The notes under the pieces were generated by a model that saw only the letters and a program-made list of their open reading frames with translations, did no database searches and was not told where the DNA came from. A DNA stretch of 63,262 nt, counting the filler, from Reticulomyxa filosa (taxonomy: Eukaryota; Protista; Foraminifera): assembly GCA_000512085.1 (NCBI GenBank). It is 21 parts of 21 records of this genome, joined end to end, with 100 filler letters (N's around TTAATTAATTAA, not from the genome) between each part and the next. Parts side by side here need not be neighbours in the genome. Positions count along the whole stretch, not along the records: positions 48,241 to 53,110 come from ASPP01017777.1; positions 53,211 to 63,262 come from ASPP01011151.1; 19 more parts are not named here. One strand, given 5' to 3'. Position 1 is the stretch's first letter; every line of letters starts with the position of its first letter. Below are positions 50,530 to 63,262 of the stretch, in pieces. Position numbers and translations under genes: made by a program.

Positions 50530-51643
50530 CAGAGAGAAAATAATTTTTATTTTAGACTAAACAACGTTGTTATTATCACTCATTTACTCACTTTTCTAAA
50601 CTTTTTCCTAAAAATCTTTCATCTTTTCATTCTTGTTTTATATGATTTACCATGACTTGAAGCAGCAAAAAATCTTTTCATTGCTTTTGTAAAGGAGGAG
50701 GAAACCATTGTAAACAATTCAAGCCCATCTTAGTTTTGACTATGTCAGCCAACCGTCAATGTTTGGTTTATATAGTAGGGCTATTTGCAATGAGGGTAAC
50801 CGACATCTCTGAAACAACACTCTTTCCCCAAAAAATTTCCTCGTTCATTTGCTTTGCTTTATTTCCACAGATTTTTCTACTTCCATTCTTTAATTAATGT
50901 TCTTCTTTTTGAGTCTATAAAGTAGAGAGCCTCTTTCTGTCCTACATCAGAGTTCACACGTAACACCATCTCCTCATAAGAAATATTTTAGTCACACAAG
51001 ATTTAAGATGCGGTATAATGCTTGTTTTGCTATTCAGATTTCGAATTGAATATTGATCAATACGGAACAAATGAAAATAATTGGATGAACTTATTGCAAT
51101 ATTCAGTTTTTTTTAACAAAAAGAACTATTTATAATTCGATTCAATTTGTGTAAAAACATCCCAAACAGCACGATTTCTGAGACAAACAAGAAAATCAAT
51201 CTTACCTTTGCCTCAACTTATAATTAACTTTGCTGGGGTCGAAGAATTGGAAAAATATTACATTTTTGTTAAGATGGAAAAGTTTGATCTTTTTTTTTTG
51301 TTGTCGCCTCGGATGACAAATTATTGTTATTGAAATTTTTTTTTTTTGACAAACAAAACCCATCTAAGATAGAAAGGTTGTGTTTTGATACACAAGTGGT
51401 TAAGTATCTTCCACCGTTACAATGGTTCCATTCACAATTTCAAACGAAGGGCTTCGGTTTTTGACCGGAGGGGGTTTCTTTTGCACTATCCCCTCTGTGG
51501 CCATATGTATTAGTCATTCACAAAAACCCAAAAGACTTAGTATCGATATGATAATATAGTCAAATATATATATATATATATATACACAAATATACACGTG
51601 AATCGATGCAAAAGCAAACACAAACCCTTTTTCGTTTTATTAA

Positions 51644-53037
51644 TCAATTGATCTTCTTCAATGTTGTCAGGAACGAAAGGGAGACGTGATGGGCGTAGAT
51701 GCCATCAAATGTGAGTCGACTGGGAGAGCCGACCGAACATTGATATTTTTTGCCATCCAATTTGGTGGTCAGTATGACAAGTTCTTGTTGCAGATACAAC
51801 ACTTTGCTCAATTGATACAGATGCACATCATAGACATTATATTTGGCGATATCTTGCAACTCTTGCGCAGTTACGAATTCTGTCCTCTTCTTTGGATCAC
51901 TGGCACTGGCACTGTCATTGCCATTGGAGTCTTTATTGTGTTGTTGCTTGACATACCATTTGTTGGTGTTTGCATTGATCCTACCTCCGCCCATGTTCGA
52001 GCACAGACCCCACAAAACGCTCAATTGATCCATCGACTCATCAAACGTCTCCGTTAATCCGATCCAACTCATTTGCAGCAAGTGATGACGCGCCAACAAA
52101 AAGTGTTCGTACATGAGCAGGTGACTGCGGACGATATCCATTTCATGTCGCAAATAGGCTATGACATTGGGATATTTTACCATGTTAACAGGTTTGCTAT
52201 TGTTTTTTTTTTTTTTTTTTGATTGGTTGATTAGTTGATTGGGAGACAATGTCACAAATCGCGTGGAAAGAAAAAAAAAAAAACAAAACTCGACGGGTGG
52301 CTTTTGTCGCAATACGCGATACAAAGGATGAGGCATTTCAATTGGCGTCTCATATAACTGCTCCTCGGTTTTGTTGATGGCCACGCCTTGAACCACGTAC
52401 AAATGCTCGTAATATGTCATCGGCAGCCTGTAGTGTTTCTTCAAGTACTTTTCATTGTAATACGCATCCGTAAATGACCCAGATAACATTTGTGTATAAA
52501 TATTATTCGAATACGGCCAAACGTGAGAAAAATCACTTAATTTGATTCCTTGCACGCGAGACCATTTCGAATGCTCTTTTTTTTTTTTTTGAAAAAAAGG
52601 TATCCTTTTTTTTTTTTTTTTTTTTTTTATATACATATATATTTATTTTTTAAAAAAAAAAAAGTTGCAAAACTTTTATTCAAAGTGATATAATAATACA
52701 AACTCGGAACTCTTGTGAGTGGGTCTCTCATCATTGTGCCATAAGTGAAATTGATCCACGGCTCGAAGAAGAGGTCGCCATCATCGTATTTGAGCCAGTT
52801 GGGTCCAAAGTCTCTGCCCTCGTCCAGCCACCATTTGTGAAACCCATAAGACAAATGTCCCCCCATGCACATGGCTTTTCTCTCATGAACCTGTTTCATA
52901 AACTTTTCGCTCAGACTGCAGTTCAGCGTCGGCGCCTGCATTTCCGGCGTCATTTTCTGAATGTAGCCAATGCCTCTCCCAAAGATCCTCGTTAAAGTTC
53001 GGTGGATGGTCATTCCTTTATATACATATATGTACAT
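51644..53037 (-). CDS. Golgi-type sulfotransferase (HS-2-O/6-O or Gal-3-O-sulfotransferase-like), multi-exon, 5' truncated
   Basis: GHLSYG, YGTMMRDPLTRVPSLYYY (3'-PB motif), WIGLTETFDESM and NVYDVHLY. Confidence 0.7.
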
Positions 53038-54393
53038 ATATAAATGTACAACATATAATTAGTGATCGTTGTGCAATTGTATTGATCCTTTTTTTTTTTT
53101 TTTGAAAAAANNNNNNNNNNNNNNNNNNNNNNNNNNNNNNNNNNNNNNNNNNNNTTAATTAATTAANNNNNNNNNNNNNNNNNNNNNNNNNNNNNNNNNN
53201 NNNNNNNNNNTTTAGTAGATATTTTTTTTAAAAAAATTATGTTTAAATCTTTATTTTTCATTGAGAAAATCGATTCTCTTCATATAGTGCCATTTAGGTA
53301 TGACGGTTTTTTTTGCAATATACTGTAACAAAAAAATTAAAAAAATTTTTTTTTCTCTTCAAGATTGAATTAATATTGTATCAAACACAATCACATTATA
53401 TAAACAAAAAAATACATATACATAAATATAAACATATACAACATTTAGTCTTAATTTAGGAGATATTGTCGATTTCAACTACAATTTTTCGTTTTTGTAT
53501 ATTGTATGAAAAAATATAATGATAATCTTTGCGATGTGTAGTTCATGTACACAAAATACAACATGTTTGTATATTTTTAAAAAAGCTTAAAACAAATATG
53601 TTTTTCTCATTTCGTAGACAATATGTTCTGCTACATCGTGTTTTCTTTGTTTTTCCATCAAAATAGATTTTCTGTCGTAAACAAACTATTATTATAAGTT
53701 GAAAAATAAAGAAAATAAACAAAAATAAACTTTGCATCGTTGCTTTACACTTCAATTTTTTGCTATGCTGAATTAATATATACCATATACAATATATGTC
53801 AACATATAATGTACATGTTTTTTTCATATAATTCTTTTAAAAAATATGTAAATATATTTATTTATTTAACAAAAAAAATCATTTGTAACTGTTGATGTTA
53901 TCGCCTTGAAGATTGTTTCGACGACTAGTATTGTGTGCATGCGTAGTGAAAGAGCGACAATTCGATTTACAGATGTTGATTGTTGACACACGATACTTGT
54001 CGCCTTATCACTAATAATGTTGTTACACGAAGATGACACTGCCAGTAATCCCGCCACACTTCCGCATTGACAATTTTTAACAAAATGCTTACAATGTGTA
54101 TCGTTTTGGAATGTGAGACTTCTGGCAGCATTTTTTTATAACGGTGTATCTATCTTGCAATCTGTTATCACGCTGTTGTACTGTTTTGTTTGTTCTGGAA
54201 AAGAATATTATGATGGATTTTATGTGTACGTCAAAAAATTTTTTTTGAACTCCGCAGCAGAAAGAGACGTCATTAGTTTATATTAGTCAGTTTAAGTTTT
54301 TTTTGTTAACACTCTTAACAAAGTAAAGCGCAAATATGCCTTTTTTTTGGCCCTTTTGTTCGTAAAAAACTCTTAGAATAATTTGAAGTGAAC

Positions 54394-56695
54394 ATGCCAC
54401 AAGAAAAAAATGAGAGTGAGTAAAATGATTCTCTTATTCTCTATTTTTTTTAATTTTTTGCTGGGATCTGTCGTCATATACTAAAATATTTTCGTAAAAA
54501 TGTGTTTACAGACCCTGCTGTTTTCGTCCGCAATTTACCACCAACTTTTACACAAGAATCGTTAAAGAAATTGTTTGACTATTTTGGGCCAATAAGTTCT
54601 CACAGGCTTTTTGCTCGTAAAGTTAATTTGCATTTTGCGTTTTGTGCTATGCAAAGCTTGGGACAAGAGGTTTTACGAAGCGAGCGCAATAAACAGGAAA
54701 AAATGGCAATGCACGTAAGAATGATGTTGTGACAAAAACAGAATGAATTTAGCGGCATTGTAATTTTTGAAAACCCACAAAATGCAGCGACATGTGTTAG
54801 ATTGTTGAAAAACAAGACGATTGGTTCTCACGTTTTGCAAGTTTCGTACACCAAACAATCCATCCTTTTTAAAAAAAGAAAAACGCGAAAACGCGCAACC
54901 CCTCTTTCACAAAGGTTATCAATTTGAAATGATTGGGGTCATTCTTTAAACAAAAAAAAAAAAAAAGGTGGAACCAGCGAAACACAAAAAAGAAGATGAA
55001 GACGAAAAGATAGAAGAAAAAAAACCTCAAAAGCGCAAATATTCGGAAGCGAAGACAGAAGTCGAGACAGGAGAAGAAAAGGAAAGAGAGTATGTGGAGA
55101 CGAAAAAAAATAATATCCAACTTATCCCACCTCGTAAAAAAATGAAAAGAGAGATTAACACTTTGACCGAAATCGAAACCGAAACTGAAACGAATGCACC
55201 TTGTCAAGTGCTGGAGATTGACAATATATCCAGTGACCATACCTACGAACAACTCATGGAGACGTTGAAAGCGTTATGTCCCGACGTTGGCCTTCCTGAA
55301 GTCTGCGTTTATCCTTGCAAAAATAGTTCCAATTGCAATATGGCATTGGTTGGGTATAGTGGCATTGTTCAGACCAATAAAGTCATGAATGCATTGCTTG
55401 CGGCCAATACCAATACCAATATCGATATCAATACAAACATAAATGCAAATACAAATATCAATATCAAATGGAATGTTCGCTATGCCAAACATCCTGAAAA
55501 GCTGTGCCAGACAATTATTGAAATACCTTCTCACGACTACGATTGCGAACAACACTTGTTTCAAATGAAGGAATGGAAGGAATGGGTTGACTCGTACGAT
55601 TGGATCAAACGATTGAATGAAAACGATCCCAACAAACCTCCCAAACGCAGACTTTTTGTTCAATGCAAAGACATCAATTCCACCAAATGCCTTCTGCAAT
55701 ATTTCCAACAACAAAAACAGCACAAAAAACGAGGCAAAAAACAAGAGCAAACACACAAAGAGAAATCTTTGTTATGCTGGCCTTATCTACTCGCCACTGC
55801 TGCGCAGAAAGCGCTTGATGTCAAACCTCGAAATGTCGTGAAAATTATCAATTTGCCCAAACAAATTGAAAAATCTCAGTTTTGTGCAGCTACTATATAC
55901 TATACACGTATATGTACATGTATATGTACATATGTGTACCACTGAACCAAAAAAAAAAAAAAAAAAAATTGTGTTTGTCGTGCTCTCCTCTTCATGTGGA
56001 AAGATTGCAATTTACGTTGCAAGACATAGTTGGGAAAGAGAATTTAAGTACTGTGATTTGCCCATCGCCCGACTCGACACCACAGCTAATGTGTGCGTGG
56101 GTTTGTTTGAAGGATTTATATTACGCTCAAGAATTGATACAGAAAATGGACCGCATGAATGTTCAAATTAAACATAATGGCATCCCCATTTCTAAAGTCG
56201 TTCGCGTGTTTTACGCAAGAAGCAGCATTAAGTTTGACTTTGTTGCATACATATATGTATATAACATGCAACGATGTGTGAGCATGCATGCAGTGTGTAT
56301 GTGTGTACATATAATCCCATATTCAATTGTTTTGTCCGCTTTATCTATCCCATCACAAATCAGACCAGAACGTGTATTGCTTCGCAACCTACCAGGCAAT
56401 GTAGATGAGACGGAATTGAAAAATTTGTTGACCAAAAATTGTGGTGGCAATGTAATACATTTGGAAATGAAAAATGAAGAAGAAACAAACAAGAAAAAAA
56501 CGAGTAAAGATCACAAATGGGCATTTGCTGACTTTGACACATACGAAAGTGCCTCAAACGCTGTTGAGAAAATGAATGGATTTGAACTGAACAAATGTCC
56601 TGTGGCAATTGATTATACGCTTCCCAAACAAGAGTATCAAAAAATCAAAAATATGTGGGAAAAATCTCCTCAAGTTTAGAGGGGTTTCATTATTT

Positions 56696-56729
<34 letters not shown>

Positions 56730-59700
56730 GTTGTTGTCATGGTATATGAAGAGAGAGAGAAAGAATAGGATTTAGGAAAATATACAACAAAATGTTTGAT
56801 ATAATCCTTGAAATGAACTTTTTTCTTTCCTTTACAACAGGGTTTACAGAAGCCCCATGGGTACACAGCATTGGAAGACACAGAGTCTGTAGGGGGCAAC
56901 AAAGCAGAGCCAGTGTGGAAGAAGTACTTGTTCATGGTAGATGAAAAAACAGAGACGGAAAAAGCGAATTCTGACTCGTCCACACCACAAGAAAGAAATG
57001 GCGAAGCGGTGCCCAAGCCGCCCAAATTGTTGCAGTTTGGTAAACCTTCACGTCAAACGTTGAAGCATCGATTGGATATTCCATTGGAAAGCGAGCGTGA
57101 AAACTATGATTGGATGAAGTGGTTTTTGAAGCGTGGGAGACTGCAGGTGCTCCAATGGGAAACAAAGTGCCGCATATGGTTTGGTTGTGGCAGGCAAGAA
57201 AGAAAACATAACGAAGGCAAGGATAACAATTTGTGGATGGAATTTCTTCACAACACCAAACCTGATGATCGAGATACAAATCAGGAGCAGAAAAGACCCA
57301 CTTATGTTATGATTCAAAGTGACAATGAAAAGAGTTTACAAGAAGCAATTGTCATCATGGGAGAGTTGCTTAAAGATAAAGAAAAACGTATGTTGAAGCA
57401 GGTCTTTTGTTTATTTTGTTTTATTCTGTTTGTTTATGGAAATACTTCATTTTACATTGTATCATGCATGATATACATATGCATATATGTAATATGTATG
57501 TATGTGTAATTAAATAGGTGAAATAGGATATTCCAAATTCGTCGATGTTCCTTTTCATTTGGAACATTCCGATTTTGATTGGGTGGATTATTTGGTGGGT
57601 GAAAATAATGAAAGAAGGGCCCAATTTGAAAAGCAAACCGGCTGCACGTTTACTTTTCATGGACAGCTTTCTGCACATACGATCAATGTTGAGAAAGAAA
57701 AAGGAGGGCAAAGGCAAGGAGGGAATGGCTTGCGATCATATTTTGATTTGCTGTTTATTTTGTTTTATTTCATATATACATATATTACCTAGTGTAATGG
57801 CATTTTTAAAAAAAAATGTTTTGAGGGAAGATAGAAAAAGGACAAGGAATTGAGATTAGAACTGATCGGAATGACACCACGTTGCTTAAAACAAGGACTA
57901 GCACTGATAAAGCAGAAATTGGCACCTAACGTCAAACGTATGAATTTGTTATGTCTTGTATTTCTTTTTTTGTTTGTTTTGAGAATGAATAAAACAACTA
58001 AAAACATTCATCGATGTGTATGCATGCGTACGAAAGGAGAGCTGGTATATTGCCACATAAAAAGGATAAATTTTCCAACGAAGAAATTTCCAAACTTGGA
58101 CTTGGTGGCATTGGTAAAAGCCCCTGATGGGTCGCGCATTCGTCAGTTTGAGAATGAGAGCAATTGCCGCATTCGCATATTTGGCTTTCAGTTGGAGAAT
58201 TCGTTGAGTAAAAACCAAGCAAAAGCGCTGAAGCCCTATGTCAAAATATCGGCAAAGAATGAGGAGGATTTGAAAAAAGGCTCGCAATTGATTACAGATT
58301 TGTTTTGGAATGACGAGAAAAGAGAAGAGGCGCTCCAAGAAAATTACAAGTTTTTAAACGAACAAACCACAGAACATTCCAAAACTAATGCGTCGAATAA
58401 CGGCGATACCAGCTCAACCGTCACATTCGGAGGGCAGTCGGTGTGGACCAGGAAATCTGGAATGACAGGAATGACAGGAATGACAGGAATGACAGGAATG
58501 ACGGGAATAACGAAAATGACGGGAATGACAGGCTTGAGCACAGCCACGAGTCGGTTTTGGTTTTATCAAGGCGATGCCAACGAGGGACGCACTGTATTTG
58601 TTCGCAACTTGCCTTTGGATGTCAATGAAAACATCCTCCGAGAATGCTTTACGCGATTTGGTGAAGTCGTTTCTGTCAAAATTGTAAAAGACTCTATCTT
58701 TGAAACTTCCAAGGGATCATGCTTTATCCAATTTGCCAATAAAGAAGCCGTTGAACGAGTGATGAAGGAAGCTGCCTATAAGGTATGCTTGCAATGAATA
58801 TGTAACACGATGCAGAGCAGTCTACACTTTAATATTTTTTTTCCCTTTTCTTTTGACAATGTATTTTACTTTTGCATAAAATCCATTTTGGATAGGGTGA
58901 TGCCAATTATGATGAAATTGGAAAGTTTGCTCAAGCATCGGGAGAGAAAGGTATTTTATTGAATGGACGTCGATTGATTGTGTCCAGAGCAGTCGACAAA
59001 AACTCAGCACGCAAATTTGACAAAGAAAAGAAAAAGGATAAACGAAACTTGTATTTGGCAAAAGAAGGCAGTTTAGTTTCTTTTTTTTTAAGAAGAGGGA
59101 AAAGAAGGGGAAAAAAAGCATCTCAAGCATTAAAACTTTTGTATGAATTATAGTTGTATTATCAAAAGAAGAAATGGCAGTTTTAAACAAAGAAGAATTG
59201 CGTCGACGATTAGAGTTGAGTCCGAGTCATTGGAAGCCTTCTTTTTTTTAAAAAAATTCTTCTATCTTTGTATATGTATACGTACATATGCAATCACTTT
59301 TACGTATTCAGAGCCTGGGTTACGAAGAAACGAAAATTAGAAAATCCAAATTTTCATGTTTCCAATGTCCGATTATGTGTTCGTAATATTCCGTCGTATG
59401 TTGACGATGCTCGTTTGAAAAAAGTGTTTCTCGAATATGCTACTAAATTGCGAAAGGAAACAAAAGAGAGAACCAAAAAATCCAAAAAAAAAAATAATGC
59501 GGATGAAACTGAAACTAACAAGTATGAGCGCTATTTTCCAAAAGTGATATTTGCAGGAATTGTGCGTGATGAGACACGCTTGGATTCAAAGGGTGTTGGG
59601 CGTTCTAAACGATTTGGGTTTGTGGAGTTTGCTGAACACATGGATGCTTTGCTGGTCTTACGAGAACTGAACAATCAACCAAATATCTTTGGAAAAGAGG

Positions 59701-60305
59701 ATCGATTGCAAATCGAGTTCGCTGTCACGGATATGAGGTTTGTTTGCTAGAGGGGGAGGAGGGGGACAAGTACGGAAAAAATTTTTAACCACTTTTTATT
59801 ACTTGTTTTTCGTTTCTCTACATTTGAATAATAATTCCATGGCTGTTGTGAATGTATGTGTTTTTTTTTGCTCACAATCCTAATGAATAGAAAACTCAAT
59901 GTTCATAAACAAAAAGCGGTACAACAACATGAAAAACAATTTGATGTCTTATTGGAAAGACTCCAAGAGAAGTTAGAAATTGCAAATGCTCAACAGCAAA
60001 CAGAAGAGGTGAAGAAATTGGAAGAGCAAATTCAAGAGCTGCGTAAAAATGCTCTCAATTTGACTGTGCGTCAAAAGAAATTGAAATCGAAGGAAAAGCG
60101 CTTGTTGAGACGAAAAAAATGGGAAGAAATGTCAACTGTGAAGAAGAAAATTGCCTCGTTGTCTTCTACAACAAAGCTGAAACCAAAACAATCCTTCAAA
60201 GAAAAAAGACAGAATATCGCAAAAAAGAAGCAACTCAAAGCAAAAAAACAATCAGACACCGAGGCAAATCAGCAAACAAATAAAAATTCTGAAAAGTCGA
60301 GTTAA
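54394..60305 (+). CDS. RBM28: RBM28/Nop4-like nucleolar multi-RRM protein, greatly expanded, many introns
   Basis: RRM1 AVFVRNLPPTFTQESL. RRM2 VLLRNLP...WAFADF...PVAIDYTLPKQEY. RRM3 EGRTVFVRNLP...TSKGSCFIQF...GRRLIVSRAV, then KDKRNLYLAKEG. RRM4 KLENPNFHVSNVRLCVRNIP...RSKRFGFVEFAEHMDALLVLRELNNQPNIFG..RLQIEFA. ATG 54394 with a GTGAGT donor splices in frame to the acceptor before ACCCTGCT. Confidence 0.85.
58459..58532 (+). repeat. 9-bp coding repeat (GGAATGACA) encoding (GMT)n
   Basis: Visible directly within ORF 57850-58797. Confidence 0.85.
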
Positions 60306-60630
60306 AAAAAGTATTTTTGTTGTATTTTATTGAATGTGTTATTGACAGTTGAATCGCATTTTAATAATTTGAATGTTATTTTGACCTTTGACACAAGGTT
60401 TTTATTTTGGTTAATTCTCTTCGAGCACAACTGTGCAAATACTGGAAACTTTTTTTCACTTGTGATATGACATTCTTAAAGAACAAAAATGGTGGGTGTT
60501 TTTAGAACAAAAGCCACCAATATAAACTAAACAAAAACGAAATCTTTACAAAATTGTCCATCCAATGTTATCTGGCTAACTGGGAAAGAACATTTAAAAA
60601 CTGCAAATAAAAAAAGAAAATCTAAAAACA

Positions 60631-63192
60631 TCAATCATCAATTCCCCAAACTTCCATATTAACCACGTGAAAATCGATTTGAGAAGCCAAACAGGGATTG
60701 GCAAATGTTTCTGACTCTTGTGAAACGCCTAGTGCAAAATTAGCTGCTAACCGCAACGCTGGGCTGTGTCTATTAATAACATTTTCAATTGTCAAGTAAA
60801 AAAACTTTTAAAAGTTTGAAAAAACAAGTACATACCCGCCACCAAAGGTAATACTATCTGGTTGAGCCAACACAAAATATCGGTTGGACTTTTGCCAGTT
60901 GCAGCAAATAGGATTTGGTGAAACACGAAAAACAAAAGTATCTGACCCACCAAAAAACGTGTCAGTTCCTTTGCTGGGCCACGGTTCCGAAATAAAAACA
61001 CCAAACACCTATTCGGAGAAAACTTTGTTGTCATAAAGATGAAAAAGTGAAAATGATGTGTATAATTTATTAACAAAATGATTGGTATCTTGAATAATGA
61101 ATAAGGTGGAGCCTTGGTTTTTGATCCTTTCATATAATGTTAAAAAACTCGTTCCATGGATTTCTGTTGTAAACAATAATTTCCAATCTGACGATTGTAA
61201 TCCAAGTGGAAACCAACGACATAAGTTGTTAATCATTTCAGCGTTTAGAATGTGAGACTTTCCTTGCAACAATTTTGGTTGGAAAAATGCTTTTGCATGC
61301 ACGCATGTTAAACAAATAGATACAAAAAAAGAAGTGAGGCAAAAATAGGAGAGGGGGGAAAAAGAAAAAAAATTAATTTGACAAATACCTTCGTTCTTGA
61401 TTGGAAAAGCATTTTGTATTTTCTGAACATAATCGCAATTGTTTCCATAAGTACTGACAATAGGTGAAATGTCAGCCTCAATGTTCGCCATTCCTAGAGA
61501 TGGATTGTTGGTTTTGTCAGGACTTTTATGTTGTCCAAGCAACTTGGCAGATTCATCGTCAACATCGGACTCGCAACTATTGTGATCACAGAGTGATGCC
61601 GCACTACCATGACCATAATTATGACGAATTACTGAACTTGAATTACTGCGATCTGTGACAACGGTAATGGTTCGATCAACCAAGCCAAGATCACTTACAG
61701 ATACAACATATGACTTTGCAGCCCCACTTTGGCCGTCTGACGGTTTCGGTTTAGGTTTCGAAGTTTTCAATTTTTGCTTTGAACTTTTATCACTCCCATC
61801 ACTATCGTCATAATTATTCTCATTTTTGTGCGTTACTGATTGCAAATAATCTCTTGCTGTCACCAACTTCGCAATTACATAATTTATGCAGCGAATTGGC
61901 GTGGCACTATACTCTTGAACTTTTTCCAAGTGACAACGCTTATAGAGCTGGGCTCGACCCCAATTCGTTGCTACCAGGGATGCCAATGCTATCAACATCT
62001 TTGTGTTTTTGTTTTGTTTTGGTATTGTTAGGCTCCTTTGCAGATGCGTTCAAATAAGTTACGTTGTAACTTACAATGAAAAACATATATAGTTCCATCA
62101 AATGCTCTGTTTGATGATGCTTCAGTTGATGCGTCAAACGCAGCTCTTCTCTCTCGTTTGCACTGCTTCCATTATTGGGAGTGGCCAATTGGCTTTTCGA
62201 TATGAGATTTATTTCACCTGACATGCGAACTGAAGAAGATTTGGCATTCACCATAGAAATTAGTTGCTTGACAAAATTTTCCATTTTGTTATTTGAAATT
62301 ATGGTATCTGCATTTATTTGTCCCTTTAGTTCAATCGTTGCAATTTTTTTGGTGAGTGTTACCATAATTAACTTTCTGTTGTCAACATCCCCGCCAGCAC
62401 TTGTCGTTATTTTGTTTCTGCTGCACACCCAGTAGCAATTGCCTTGAGTTTTTTTTTGGAAGAAAAGTTGAAAAAAATGATGGCTGTTTTGGTATTCAGG
62501 CAAAATTGCTGACACAACAACTCGTTAGGAATGCACCCAAACACAAACAGTGCCACCAGATCGATCAAATTGTTAGTAAAGCAGACGTCGGAAGTAATAA
62601 AAAGACACAACAAAAAAAAAAGAGAAAAGAAAAAAGCAAGGTAAGAAAAAAAGGAAACGGAATGAAATTAAGTTTTCATATGTAATCGTCTTCGTCGCTG
62701 TGCAACATTTTGTTTAATCCTTTCGAGATTCACAGCTGACGCAGATCTTACTTCTTGTATTTCCGATCTCAAAGCCTGTATGGCCTGTCCACTATTTAAA
62801 TAAGCGATACCATTGTCATCATCATTGGGAGTGATGTCATCAGTATCTGTATTGTGATATCGATGTTGTAAATTATTAGTATCAAAATGGCTATCATCTA
62901 CCCAGTCTGCGGGTTCTTCAGCGACCTCTTCCAATTGTGCTCTATTTGCGGTTCTTCCAGACGCTGCATTGAAATTGGATTTGTGAGGAGTGTCATTGTC
63001 TTTGATTTCACTATCGACCTGAGGGGTAGCTGGTACTGAAATAGATACACGAGGTCGGTTATACAAGCGTTGTGTTTCCATGTATTTCTTATGGTTCGCT
63101 TGACGCACAAGTTCTTGATGAATTCGCGGCTGCATCTCTTCGCCTGCAATATATTTGTTATGAGCATGCACGTACATGTATGTTACATGCAC
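60631..63192 (-). CDS. TLDc-domain protein (OXR1/NCOA7-like C-terminus), multi-exon, 5' truncated
   Basis: DWKLLFTTEIHGTSFLTLY...TLFIIQDT, FGVFISEPW, FFGGSDTFVF and SITFGGG, plus a last exon not in the ORF track: PALRL...SQESETFANPCL...FHVVNMEVWG, stop at 60631-60633. Confidence 0.85.
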
Positions 63193-63262
63193 ATAAATAA
63201 AGAAATAAGCAAAAACAAACTTCTTGGAGAAGCCAAATCGCTTCCTTCTTCTTCTTCTTCTT

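Overview
This window is not a contiguous locus. It is 21 short contigs joined by 20 identical artificial 100-bp spacers (N44-TTAATTAATTAA-N44), so adjacency across spacers has no biological meaning. Most contigs come from an AT-rich, intron-rich protist with poly(A)/poly(T) and (TA)n-filled introns; the style resembles the foraminiferan Reticulomyxa, but that is inference only. Recognisable eukaryotic genes: OFA-type MFS transporter, SR-like RRM protein, DENN protein, Pol III subunit RPC6/RPC34, DBP5/DDX19 helicase, type I DnaJ, seipin, ZNHIT2-like, fatty-acid desaturase, G-alpha, GTP-PEPCK, TPR protein, METTL18/Hpm1, a sulfotransferase, an expanded RBM28/Nop4 and a TLDc protein. Mobile and foreign DNA: a degenerate CRE-like (RT + restriction-like endonuclease) non-LTR retrotransposon, a LINE 3' fragment, a low-GC bacterial IS66 contig and a high-GC bacterial pta contig. 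The most unusual signals are (1) an intronless, highly diverged kinesin motor domain directly upstream of, and co-oriented with, the CRE-like element, possibly retroelement cargo; (2) three STAR-type KH-like domains inserted between RRM2 and RRM3 of RBM28/Nop4; (3) a tandem CAP-Gly pseudogene missed by the ORF track; and (4) introns ending in poly(A)-AG with no polypyrimidine tract. All family assignments are by eye from motifs; no searches were run.
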